64,000 nt of DNA from a virus (lineage: Duplodnaviria > Caudoviricetes): IMG/VR virus record IMGVR_UViG_2791355405_000002, positions 28,744 to 92,743 of that record; one strand, written 5' to 3'. The translations under genes and the position numbers were made by a program. The first letter of the stretch is position 1. Each line of letters begins with the position of its first letter. The notes beneath the pieces are model-generated. The model was given only the letters and a program-made list of their open reading frames with translations, was not told the origin of the DNA and did not search any database. Below, in pieces: positions 1 to 8,738 of this stretch.

Positions 1-191
1 CGCCCGGCGTCCTTGTTGGCCCGCAGGCGCTGGGCAACGGCGTACTTCGTTCCCGAGGCCCGGCACTCCAGACGCCGCGCGCTGGCCAGGGCCCGCTCGT
101 TGCCCCGGTGCCGGTACAGCTTCCCCGTGGCGGTGAAGGAGACCGGGTTACGGCACAGGGGGCAGGTGCCCCCGCTGCTCGCCCTGCCCAT
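1..191 (-). CDS. Small CxxC..H..C zinc-finger protein (runs off window start)
   Basis: ATG at 191 overlaps the stop of the upstream gene; reads MGRASSGGTCPLCRNPVSFTATGKLYRH...CRASG. Confidence 0.6.
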   Translation of the reverse strand, partial: MGRASSGGTCPLCRNPVSFTATGKLYRHRGNERALASARRLECRASGTKYAVAQRLRANKDAG

Positions 192-373
192 TACTCCCGG
201 CCCCCTCGGTTGCGCAGGGCCTGAGCGATGTTCAGGATCTCGTCCGTGATGGCGTCCACGGCGTCCTGCCCGAGTCGCTTCACGAGGTCGTCGGGCCCCC
301 ACTCGCCCATGGCCGCTTCCAGGATCAGCCCCGCCCGGAAGTTGGCCTCTCGCCGGATCTCCCGCTTGTTCAT
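191..373 (-). CDS. Hypothetical protein
   Basis: Tightly packed in the leftward operon, with an RBS-like GGAGGG upstream. Confidence 0.65.
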   Translation of the reverse strand: MNKREIRREANFRAGLILEAAMGEWGPDDLVKRLGQDAVDAITDEILNIAQALRNRGGRE

Positions 374-376
374 CGC

Positions 377-1036
377 TCAGCCCTCCACCGGGTTGGCCGT
401 GATGACGGCGCGGATGGCCTTGATCGACGGGGTGTCGTGCAGGCGCCTGCGGTCCGGCGTGACGGACAGCCCGAACGGGGTCCGGCGTGCGACGCCCGGG
501 GCGACGAAGTACGACAGGTCGTACTTCCAGAGCCAGCCTTCGTCGGTGGCCCGGCTCACCCGGACGTCCAGGGCGTACCCGTCGTCACGCGACGCCCACG
601 CCTGCGCCGTGGTCCATCCGTTGGCCTCGGCGAGCGCGAACAGCTCCGCGACCGGCTTCGGCAAGGCGTAGCCGGCGGGCGCCCGGTCCACGATGCCTGC
701 CTTCAGGCGCCGCAGCGTGGTGTCCCGGGTGTACTTCTCCGCAGGAGTGAGCACGGCGTCGCGCTCCAGCGCGGCGGCCAGGGTGACCGTCCGGCCGCTG
801 TAGCGGCAGGTCCACCCGGTGCCGGTCGCATCGGCGATCACCGGCCGGCGCTTGCCGTCCCTGTCCCACGTCGACTTCGGCTCGTGGGTGGTCAGGACGC
901 CGTCCCGGACGCTCGTCGTGTTGCCGCACGGGCACAGCGCCTCCACGGTGCGCAGCAGGTCGTAGAAGGTGTTCGGCGGGATGATGCCCGGGTCGTGCTT
1001 CGCCCCAGTGGCCAGAGTCTCAGCGAGGGTCGTCAT
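377..1036 (-). CDS. Hypothetical protein with zinc-finger-like motif
   Basis: Start MTTLAE at 1036 follows GGAGGGG and overlaps the stop of 1033..1563. Confidence 0.7.
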   Translation of the reverse strand: MTTLAETLATGAKHDPGIIPPNTFYDLLRTVEALCPCGNTTSVRDGVLTTHEPKSTWDRDGKRRPVIADATGTGWTCRYSGRTVTLAAALERDAVLTPAEKYTRDTTLRRLKAGIVDRAPAGYALPKPVAELFALAEANGWTTAQAWASRDDGYALDVRVSRATDEGWLWKYDLSYFVAPGVARRTPFGLSVTPDRRRLHDTPSIKAIRAVITANPVEG

Positions 1037-1563
1037 GCCGTCCCCTCCGTCTCCGGGATCGGGTCGACGTGGCGGAGGGAGATCCAGGCGCCGTGCCCGG
1101 TGACGAACACGACGGCGGTGTGCCCCTCCGCCACCCACGCCGCGCTGCGGGTGCGCCCCGTCTCGCCGGCGCCCTCACGCGCTCCGGTCCAGTAGCGGAC
1201 CGTCTGGCCCTCGGGGTACGTCAGGTTCCACGCCTCCGCGCGCTCGGCCGGCGTCGGGCCGTCGTTGGCCACGCGGGAGCCGTTGCGCAGGGCCGCGTCC
1301 AGCGACGCGAACTCCCGGCGGTAGAGGTGGTGGCCGTCGTAGGTGTAGCCGTTCACCTGGAAGCGGGCGCCGTCGTCGCTGTAGTCAAGCACGGCCTGCG
1401 CGGTGACGCCGACGACCTTCGGGTGCTCCATGCCCGGCTCCCCGGGCTTCCAGTCGGCGCCGACCTTGTCGGTGTGCCGGCGGCGGTCGATGATCTTCCG
1501 GGCCCGCTCGATGCGGTCGATGCCGCTCGCGATGTGTCCCAGGTCGTAGGTGTCGGTGCTCAT
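1033..1563 (-). CDS. Hypothetical protein
   Basis: ATGA overlaps with both neighbours. Confidence 0.7.
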   Translation of the reverse strand: MSTDTYDLGHIASGIDRIERARKIIDRRRHTDKVGADWKPGEPGMEHPKVVGVTAQAVLDYSDDGARFQVNGYTYDGHHLYRREFASLDAALRNGSRVANDGPTPAERAEAWNLTYPEGQTVRYWTGAREGAGETGRTRSAAWVAEGHTAVVFVTGHGAWISLRHVDPIPETEGTA

Positions 1564-1901
1564 CGTCCTGCCCTCCGCGCCCGGTCCTCTGCGATCTCGG
1601 CGTGCAGCATGTCGCGGTAGACCTCGTACGCCTCCGCGAAGGTGTCGGTGCGCTCAGTCCCCAAGTACCACTTGGCGAAGCCCTTGCCGACGAAGATGCC
1701 GCTGCGCTCGGCCCACCGCTCGATCCGGGCCGGGGACGCCAGCCACGCGGCGTACGCGTCGGTGTAGCGGTCCGCACGCCCGGTGTCCTCGTACCACTCA
1801 GGGAAGCCGTCTCGGGCTTCCTTGCCAGCGCACTCGGCCCACTGCCGGGCCGCCGCGATGCGCTTGCTGCGCTCCGCCGTTTCCTTATGCCGCCAGTCCA
1901 T
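1560..1901 (-). CDS. Hypothetical protein, first gene of leftward early unit
   Basis: Preceded by the GACCAAGGAA leader and the conserved promoter/operator. Confidence 0.7.
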   Translation of the reverse strand: MDWRHKETAERSKRIAAARQWAECAGKEARDGFPEWYEDTGRADRYTDAYAAWLASPARIERWAERSGIFVGKGFAKWYLGTERTDTFAEAYEVYRDMLHAEIAEDRARRAGR

Positions 1902-1948
1902 GAGGCCCTGCCTTCCTTGGTCGTGGTCCGGCCATCAGCCGAACCATT

Positions 1949-1988
1949 CGATTTAATTAAACCATGGCCGGTGCGCCGGAACAACCCC
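1949..1988 (-). promoter_or_regulatory. Conserved promoter/operator cassette
   Basis: Minus strand GGGGTTGT-N-CATGGTTTAATTAAATCG. Confidence 0.75.
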
Positions 1989-2179
1989 TATGGGTGGGCC
2001 GCCAGTCGCAGCCGGTCCCCGCCCTCGGCCCGTATGAGCTGCACCGCCAGCGCGTCCTCGTAGGAGAGCACCGACGCCTCGCAGACCCGGCCCAGCCGGA
2101 CGGAGTGCACCGGGAGCGTGTCCCACATCTGCACCGGTTCACCGCACGCAGGGCACTCAGCCCACTCGCCTCGCAACAC
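1988..2179 (-). CDS. Small zinc-finger protein
   Basis: CPACG...H...C motif; GACCAAGGAA leader upstream. Confidence 0.6.
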   Translation of the reverse strand: MLRGEWAECPACGEPVQMWDTLPVHSVRLGRVCEASVLSYEDALAVQLIRAEGGDRLRLAAHP

Positions 2180-2281
2180 GGCCCGCCTCCTGCTCTTCCT
2201 GGTTCCTTGGTCATTACGTCACTTGTCCGGCGAATCGCCGAACGCGCCGGGGCCGGACGGTGAGGCCCGGCCCCGGCTCGG

Positions 2282-5200
2282 TCAGTCCTTCGCGTAGCAG
2301 GAGGCCCAGTCACGGGCCGCTTTGGAGGCCCCGGCCGTGATCGGCACGCCCTTGAACTCGAACGTGAACGCCTCCAGCACGGCCTCCTTGACGCCCTCGG
2401 CCATGTGTTCGGGGACGCACAGGACGACCTCGTCGTGCACGACGCAGCGCAGCCACTCCAGGGCCTCGGGGATCATGTCGACCAGGCGCAGCAGCGCCTC
2501 GCACATGATGTCCCGGGCGCCGCCCTGGCCCATGAGGGCCGGGGCCTGCGTCCAGGCACGGTCGGGGTTGCAGCGCATCTTGCGACCGAACCCGTTGTCC
2601 AGCATCTCGCCGGCCGCCGCCCGTTCCCGGACCTCGGTCCGCCAGGCGCACAGCCCGGGGTACTGCGCGTTCATCTGGTCGTCGAACTTCTGCGCCAGCT
2701 CCAGCTCCACACCGCTGTTGGCGATGCCCTTCACGGACATGCCGTAGTTCCAGCCGTGGCCGATGCGCTTGGAGTTGTCGCGCCACTCGCCATCGTGGCG
2801 GCCGAACACGGCATCGGCGATGCGCGAGTGGGCGTCTTCGCCGGGAGCGAAGTTCGCCATGTACGCCGGGTCCTGGCAGTGCCCGGCGATGGCGCGCATG
2901 TCGACCTGGTCCAGGTCGAAACAGATCAGGACGTGGCCGTCGTCGGCGATGAGGGGTCGCCTCTGCGTGACCTTGCCGCCGCGCTTGGCCATGTTGGTGA
3001 CCGAGGGGCGGACGTACGCCCACCGGCCGGCGCCCTGAAGGTCGCCGACCTGCGGGTGGATCCGGTCGCCGACGAGGTGGTCCATGATCTCGGCGTACTT
3101 CTGGACCGACGAGGTCACGGTGATGATGTGGCCGCACATCTCGCGCAGGGCGTCTACGTCGGCGCCGCGCTCGGCGAACATGCGCAAGACGTTCGGGTTG
3201 AGCATGGCGGGCACCTGCCGGGCCCCGGAGCCCTTGCCCACCATGTACGACGCCTCGCCCAGCGCGTCCTTGTTGAGGCTGATCAGCCCGGAGGCCGTCT
3301 TGGGGTAGTGCACCGCACCCCGGTCGGCGAAGGCCTTGATGATCGCCTCACGGCCTTCGTTGGTGGACAGCGGGGCCTTGACGGACTCGTCGGTGAAGAC
3401 GCGGTTCTTGCCCCGGCCCCTACCGACGGACTTGGTCAGGGGTACGCCGCAGTGCTCGTGCAGCCACTCCAGGGACTCCTGCCGCTTGGCCGCCTCCGCG
3501 TCGACCAGCTCGCGCAGGACGGGGACGTCGACCTTCCAGCCGGTCAGGGTGGGCCGGTGCTGGATGTGGGCGACCCGCATCTCCCGGCGGACGTAGTCCG
3601 AGGGCTCGCCCAGAGCGCGCCGCACGCCCCGGGTGGCCTGGAGATCGCCGCTGAAGTACACGCTCAGCTCGTTGACCGGGATGCGCCCGTACCCGAGGTC
3701 CGTGCGCTCGGCCTTGTCCAGTTTGCGGCCGCCGGCCTCCTCCGGACCGTACTTGAAGGCGAGCGCGGCCAGGTCGTCCGTCTTGCCGGGCAGGCCGTTG
3801 CGCTCGGCTACCTGGTCCAGGCCGTAGTAGCCCTTGGTCGCCCACGGCTTCTCGTGCGCGGCGCCGGGCGGGTCGATGGTCTGGACCCACCGCAGGGTGT
3901 CCATGGTCTTCGCGGCCAGCTTGTCGTAGTCGGCGCCGTGGTGACGGGCGAGCGCCATCAAGTCGAACCCGAGCAGGTTGTGGCCGTACAGCTCGTCGGC
4001 GTCCTCCAGCCGCTTGATCAACTCCTCCACGGAGTTGACGACGACCTCGGTGCCGTCCTCGGTGACGTAGCCGGCGAGGCGGACGTACGGGTCGCCTCCG
4101 AGATCCTTGTGGACGAACAGGCGCTTGGCGCTGTGGGTCTCCAGGTCGAACCCGATGACGCCGCCGGCGCGCGGCGGGGTGGCCGCGTCATCCGGAGCCG
4201 GGGACGGGGCGGGGACGGTGGCCGCGCGGGGAGCCTGATCAGCTTCCGCTTCCGCGAACGGATCACCCGCGAAAGGGTCCGCGTCCGGGTCGGTCAGAGG
4301 ACGTGTACCCGCTGTACCCTCTACCCCTGTTCCTCCTATGTGTGAGCCAATTTCTCGGTTATAGGGAGGAGAGGGTACAGGGGGTACACCATTGTCCTCG
4401 GTGGGGTTGACCTCGTCTTTTCCGTTCGGGTCCTGGAAGCGCACCCCGAGCCACGCCTGGTAGTTGACGCCCTTGGGCTCGTGACCGCCCAGAGTCGATC
4501 GCCCGTCCCGCGCCCGGATCTTCTTCCGCTGCACGCCGTTCCGCGCGCACTCGTCGTGGCTTCCGAATCGGGACACGAACGTGCGGTCCGTCCATTCCCG
4601 GTGACCTTTGTCCTCCAGGTACCGGTTGAAGACCTCGTGCAGCTCCCGGGCGAGGATGTGGGAGTTCCAGTCGAACGTCAGGCAGTCCCCGATGAACGAC
4701 AGAATCAGGTCCGACTCCTTGCGCCACTCCAGCGTGTCGTCCTCCACCCGCTTCGGCGGCGGCGGCATGATCTGTCCGGCCGCGTACCACTTGCGGGCGC
4801 CCTCCACGGCCCACGCCAGGACGGCCGCCGACACCCGCTCATCCGTCGCGAGGCGCTGCCGCAGGGTTCCGTCACCGGGCTTGTCATTCGGGCCCGTGCA
4901 CGGCTCCCCAGCCTTGCGGAAGGTGAACGGGAAGCACAGCAGCGCCAGACGCCGCCACGTACCGTGGTCGGTTTCGTCCACCAGAGGCCTGTGGTTCGTG
5001 TTGATGATCAACGTGTGCGACGTCGTGAAGGTGACCGGGTCCTGCCTCATCCGGCGGGCCTTGATGGCCTTCGTACCGGCGAGCTGCTTGGCCCGGTTGA
5101 CGTCCAGTCGCTTGGCCTCCGGGGTCTCCTCCAGTACCGCGAGCCGGGCCCCCATGAAATCCATCATCTCCGTGGGGTGGTTGTCGCTTGCGTTCCCGAG

Positions 5201-6619
5201 CAGGGCCCGGTGGGACACCACTGTGTGGTATCCGTCCTTCTCGCCGGCCGCGCGGGCGAGCGCGTCCATGACCGTGCTCTTGCCGTTGGAGCCGCCGCCC
5301 TGGAGCAGGAGGATGATGTCGTCTGGGGGGATGTGGCCGGTGAGCGCCTGCCCCATTCGGAGCTGGAACCAGTCGATCACGTCATCCGGCACGGCCTCCA
5401 GAGCCTTGTCCCAGTCAGGGTGCCGGGCGCCCGGGACATAGTCCGCCTCCGTGATCTTCGTCATGAGCCGGTCGGGGTCATGCGGCGTGAGCACGCCGGT
5501 GCGCAGGTCCAGGATGCCGTTCTGGCAGTTGAGCGCGTCAGGGTCGTAGTCGAAATCCGCCGCGTGAGCGACCAGACTGCCCTTGGACAGCTTCATCAGG
5601 TTGCCCAGCTTGGACGCGGACAGGGCCCCGCGCCAGCCGTCCATCTCCGCGCGGTAATCCTTGCTCGGCTCGGCGCGCTGCTTGTCCAGCACCCGCTGGA
5701 ACCCGGAGAGCGCCCATTGGCGGATCTCCTCCAACACCACCGGCTCGGGGCACTCGCCCCAGGTCTTGCCGTTCCAGCGCATCCACCCGAGGCCGTACGC
5801 CCAGCGGTACGTGCCGTCCAGAGCTTCGGAGCACACGGTGTCGGCGAGAACGGCGTCACTGAATGCCGCGTCGCGGGAGTTGTCGCTGGGGGTCTCCCGG
5901 GTGGCTGCGTCGCGCAGACCCTCAAGCGTTCCGCCGGCGTGGAAGTAGTCGTCCACGCCCTTGACGGCCTGGCCGTCGACTTCCTCTGGGACGATCAGAT
6001 ACCGGATGTCGGCAGCACCCTTGGACTCCAGCCACGCCCCCAGCCGCCGCATGGCCTTCAGAACGCTCATGTTGTGGCGCGCGTCGGAGTCGAAGCAGAT
6101 CACGACTGTGCGGTCCTTGAGGGGGATGTCCTCCCAGTCGCCGAGGGTGCCGTGTCGTGCACGCCAGTTGTAGACGCCCGAGATGGTGACGACTGGAAGT
6201 CCTTTGGACGCTAGGCAGTCCGCCTTTTTCACACCCTCGGTGATCCACAGAGGCGCCGAGACGGTACGGACAGCAGTCGCCATCAGCGGCGGTACGTCCA
6301 GGCGAGCTTTGCCGACCGCAGCCGCGTACTTCACAGGCTTCTCATCGCGCACCTGCGGCTGGCCGGGCTTGAACATTGCGCCGATCTGCTCACCGGTTAC
6401 TCGGTAGATCGGGATGAACAGGCCCGGGAACGCCGTGTCTTCGCGCCAGGCCCACACCGGAATGGACGCCTCGCGCAGCCGCGCGCGGTCCTCGTCGGTG
6501 CCGTACAGCGTCTCGTACCCGCGAGCGTCGCGGATCTCCGGGGCGATCTCGCTGGCGTCCAGTTCCGCCAGGTGGTGATCTGACAGCTGCCCCGCGTTCG
6601 CTTCCACGTACGTGGTCAT
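2282..6619 (-). CDS. Replicase fusion: TOPRIM-type (DUF3854-like) primase + D5/P4-type SF3 helicase + 3'-5' exonuclease/family A DNA polymerase
   Basis: WITEGVKKAD, CFDSD, KGVDDY (TOPRIM); GGGSNGKST Walker A; FDLET, GHNLLGFD (exonuclease); DLDQVDMR, KRIGHGWNYG, VHDE (PolA motifs A, B, C). Confidence 0.9.
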   Translation of the reverse strand: MTTYVEANAGQLSDHHLAELDASEIAPEIRDARGYETLYGTDEDRARLREASIPVWAWREDTAFPGLFIPIYRVTGEQIGAMFKPGQPQVRDEKPVKYAAAVGKARLDVPPLMATAVRTVSAPLWITEGVKKADCLASKGLPVVTISGVYNWRARHGTLGDWEDIPLKDRTVVICFDSDARHNMSVLKAMRRLGAWLESKGAADIRYLIVPEEVDGQAVKGVDDYFHAGGTLEGLRDAATRETPSDNSRDAAFSDAVLADTVCSEALDGTYRWAYGLGWMRWNGKTWGECPEPVVLEEIRQWALSGFQRVLDKQRAEPSKDYRAEMDGWRGALSASKLGNLMKLSKGSLVAHAADFDYDPDALNCQNGILDLRTGVLTPHDPDRLMTKITEADYVPGARHPDWDKALEAVPDDVIDWFQLRMGQALTGHIPPDDIILLLQGGGSNGKSTVMDALARAAGEKDGYHTVVSHRALLGNASDNHPTEMMDFMGARLAVLEETPEAKRLDVNRAKQLAGTKAIKARRMRQDPVTFTTSHTLIINTNHRPLVDETDHGTWRRLALLCFPFTFRKAGEPCTGPNDKPGDGTLRQRLATDERVSAAVLAWAVEGARKWYAAGQIMPPPPKRVEDDTLEWRKESDLILSFIGDCLTFDWNSHILARELHEVFNRYLEDKGHREWTDRTFVSRFGSHDECARNGVQRKKIRARDGRSTLGGHEPKGVNYQAWLGVRFQDPNGKDEVNPTEDNGVPPVPSPPYNREIGSHIGGTGVEGTAGTRPLTDPDADPFAGDPFAEAEADQAPRAATVPAPSPAPDDAATPPRAGGVIGFDLETHSAKRLFVHKDLGGDPYVRLAGYVTEDGTEVVVNSVEELIKRLEDADELYGHNLLGFDLMALARHHGADYDKLAAKTMDTLRWVQTIDPPGAAHEKPWATKGYYGLDQVAERNGLPGKTDDLAALAFKYGPEEAGGRKLDKAERTDLGYGRIPVNELSVYFSGDLQATRGVRRALGEPSDYVRREMRVAHIQHRPTLTGWKVDVPVLRELVDAEAAKRQESLEWLHEHCGVPLTKSVGRGRGKNRVFTDESVKAPLSTNEGREAIIKAFADRGAVHYPKTASGLISLNKDALGEASYMVGKGSGARQVPAMLNPNVLRMFAERGADVDALREMCGHIITVTSSVQKYAEIMDHLVGDRIHPQVGDLQGAGRWAYVRPSVTNMAKRGGKVTQRRPLIADDGHVLICFDLDQVDMRAIAGHCQDPAYMANFAPGEDAHSRIADAVFGRHDGEWRDNSKRIGHGWNYGMSVKGIANSGVELELAQKFDDQMNAQYPGLCAWRTEVRERAAAGEMLDNGFGRKMRCNPDRAWTQAPALMGQGGARDIMCEALLRLVDMIPEALEWLRCVVHDEVVLCVPEHMAEGVKEAVLEAFTFEFKGVPITAGASKAARDWASCYAKD
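4303..4389. repeat. Origin-like inverted repeat, copy 1 (inside the replicase linker)
   Basis: GTGTACCCGCTGTACCCTCT ... AGAGGGTACAGGGGGTACAC, 19/20 match, 47-nt AT-richer spacer. Confidence 0.75.
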
Positions 6620-6675
6620 GAGGGGGATCCTGCTTCCTTGGTCAGTGCTTCCTTGGTCTGCGGGGGCTTGGGCAC

Positions 6676-7158
6676 TTACTCTCTCCTCCCCTTCCGGCCG
6701 GCCGGGCGCCGACGATCAAACCGCGCGGCAGACGCCGCGTCCCACGCTGTCCGGAACTCGGGGCCGGTCCACATGCGGTGGACGTCGGCGACCATGCCGC
6801 TCGGGTGCCAGACACGGACGGTGTGATCCCGCCCGCAGACGTCACCCCGGCGGTGCAGGCCGCGCACCGTGAACAGCATCAAGCCGGTCCCGGCGACGAG
6901 GCCCTTCCAGCGTGGGTCGTCAAAGGTATCCGCGTCGGGCTTTATCTCCATCCACGCCTGGTCAGCACCGTGATGGGGCCGGATGCGGAAGTCCGGCAGG
7001 TACCCTCGCGAGCCGACGCGGTAGGCCTGCGGCTCGTACTCCCACGGGATGCCCGCGCGTTCGAAAAACACGATCCACCGGGCCTCCAGCCGCGAGCGGG
7101 TGGTGACCCCGTGCACGGTGGTGGGTATCGGCTTGACGACCTGGTACAGGCTGTTCAC
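6676..7158 (-). CDS. PD-(D/E)XK family endonuclease-like protein
   Basis: RSRLEARW..WEYEP..YLPDF..WMEIKP. Confidence 0.75.
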   Translation of the reverse strand: MNSLYQVVKPIPTTVHGVTTRSRLEARWIVFFERAGIPWEYEPQAYRVGSRGYLPDFRIRPHHGADQAWMEIKPDADTFDDPRWKGLVAGTGLMLFTVRGLHRRGDVCGRDHTVRVWHPSGMVADVHRMWTGPEFRTAWDAASAARFDRRRPAGRKGRRE

Positions 7159-7385
7159 GACGTGATGCCTGTGAGGGCCGGCGAGGCGGCCGAGACGTCG
7201 ACGACGACGGGCGTGTTGCGCAGCCGGGCCCACTCCTCGGCTTCCCTGCGCGGGATGCGCACGCGGCCGTTGGGCGTCTTGTGCTTGGTCAGCGGCACGT
7301 CCGGGTCGTCCAGCCAGCGGTAGACGGACCCGGGGTGGACCCCGGCGAGGTCCGCTACCTGGGCGACCGTCAGGAACTCTTCCAC
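7155..7385 (-). CDS. Excisionase/MerR-like helix-turn-helix protein
   Basis: LTVAQVADLAGVHPGSVYRW...GRVRIPR; strong AAGGAGG RBS. Confidence 0.8.
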   Translation of the reverse strand: MEEFLTVAQVADLAGVHPGSVYRWLDDPDVPLTKHKTPNGRVRIPRREAEEWARLRNTPVVVDVSAASPALTGITS

Positions 7386-7612
7386 TGCTCCTCCTTGATG
7401 GTGTGTAAGTACGCGTAGCGATGATACCCGCGTTTACACACGCTTATACACGGGGTACCATAACGGACATGAGGCCCGACGGAGCCTCGCCGACCCAGAC
7501 CAAGGAACTCCCGGGACGCCGGGCGCAGATGGGGCAACGTCACGGCCCCGCAGACCCCCTTGCGGCCTGCGGGTTCGGTGATTGTGCACCCCGCTGGGAG
7601 GATCACGGACTC

Positions 7613-7924
7613 ATGACCAAGGAAGAAACGGCTTACGCGGCTGCACTGAACCGTGTCGGCTCCGACGTTGAAGACGGCTTGCTGTTCTCCGAAGCGCTCG
7701 GCCGGATGCGGCGCGAGGCGCTGCACTCCACCGGCCCGCACGCCGACTGCCCGCACTGCTGGTGGACGGTCCCCTGCAACGGAGCGCTGGACGGGGACCA
7801 CTTCCTCGCCCTGTGGGAGCACCTGATCACGCGTCACGGGGTGGACGTCTGGCTCGCGACGGCCCCGGCCCGCGAAGTCTGGGACCGCGCCGTGGAAGAG
7901 TTCAAAGGAGCGATGGCCGCATGA
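7613..7924 (+). CDS. Hypothetical protein (CxxC, H..H)
   Basis: Start of the rightward operon; start site uncertain (7468 is an alternative). Confidence 0.55.
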   Translation: MTKEETAYAAALNRVGSDVEDGLLFSEALGRMRREALHSTGPHADCPHCWWTVPCNGALDGDHFLALWEHLITRHGVDVWLATAPAREVWDRAVEEFKGAMAA

Positions 7925-8289
7925 GCGCCGACGACGCCGACCGCAAGCTGCTGGGCCTGCTCGACTCGCTCAGCCCCGAGCACGTGGAGCGGCTCAAGGC
8001 ACCGCAGACGGACGGCCCGGAGACGTATCTGGGCGTGGACGTCCCCGCGTACATGAGGCCTCACTGGGACTCCCCGCAGGCGATGTGGTGGAGGGCCGGG
8101 GTGGAGGCCGCACGGCAGGCCCGCCGCTGCGCTCACTGCGGCGGGGTCATCGAGCCCACCGGCGGTCACGACTGGATCGGCCCCGTGTCGACCCCTGATG
8201 AGCCGCAGAAGCGGTACCACCTGCACCCCGACTTCCCGGACTGCCGTCGGGCGTCCGGCGCCTGCGGCACGGAAGGGAGCGAGCAGTGA
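7921..8289 (+). CDS. Hypothetical protein
   Basis: ATGA/GTGA translational coupling. Confidence 0.65.
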   Translation: MSADDADRKLLGLLDSLSPEHVERLKAPQTDGPETYLGVDVPAYMRPHWDSPQAMWWRAGVEAARQARRCAHCGGVIEPTGGHDWIGPVSTPDEPQKRYHLHPDFPDCRRASGACGTEGSEQ

Positions 8290-8738
8290 GCACCAGCGAC
8301 GAGCAGTACCGGGTCCTGTACTTCAAGGACGGCGAGGACGCGTTCACCGAGCCGGAGTCACTGGACGACGCCAGGGCGACCGCGCAGCGGCTGGGGAGCG
8401 AGGGCTACGACGTCAGCGCAGTCATGGGTGACGTCGCCGCCCAGGGCTACATGCACGCCCGGCAGAACGGCCCGGAAGGGTCCGACCCGTTCGGACCCGG
8501 GCCGGACCTGATGATGTCCCGCGAGACCGCTGATCTCCTCCTGCGGGCAGTCACCGGCCTGCTGGACGAGGGCTACTGGCCGAAGGCGTACACCGGCTAC
8601 GGGCCGGACGACACCGACGAGAAGGACTACGACACCGCGCTGGTGCGCAGGGCAGCCGACATCGTCGGCCGCGACCGGATCAAGAACCGGGGACTGCTGG
8701 AGCACCTCGCCGAGCTGGACGCGGAGGTCGACGGATGA
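8286..8738 (+). CDS. Hypothetical protein
   Basis: Coupled to the helicase gene. Confidence 0.7.
   Translation: MSTSDEQYRVLYFKDGEDAFTEPESLDDARATAQRLGSEGYDVSAVMGDVAAQGYMHARQNGPEGSDPFGPGPDLMMSRETADLLLRAVTGLLDEGYWPKAYTGYGPDDTDEKDYDTALVRRAADIVGRDRIKNRGLLEHLAELDAEVDG

Noticed and set aside
7155-7385. Integration/excision module or attP near the excisionase-like gene or the tRNA-like genes
   Set aside because: No integrase is seen in the window and no duplicated tRNA 3' end was found.
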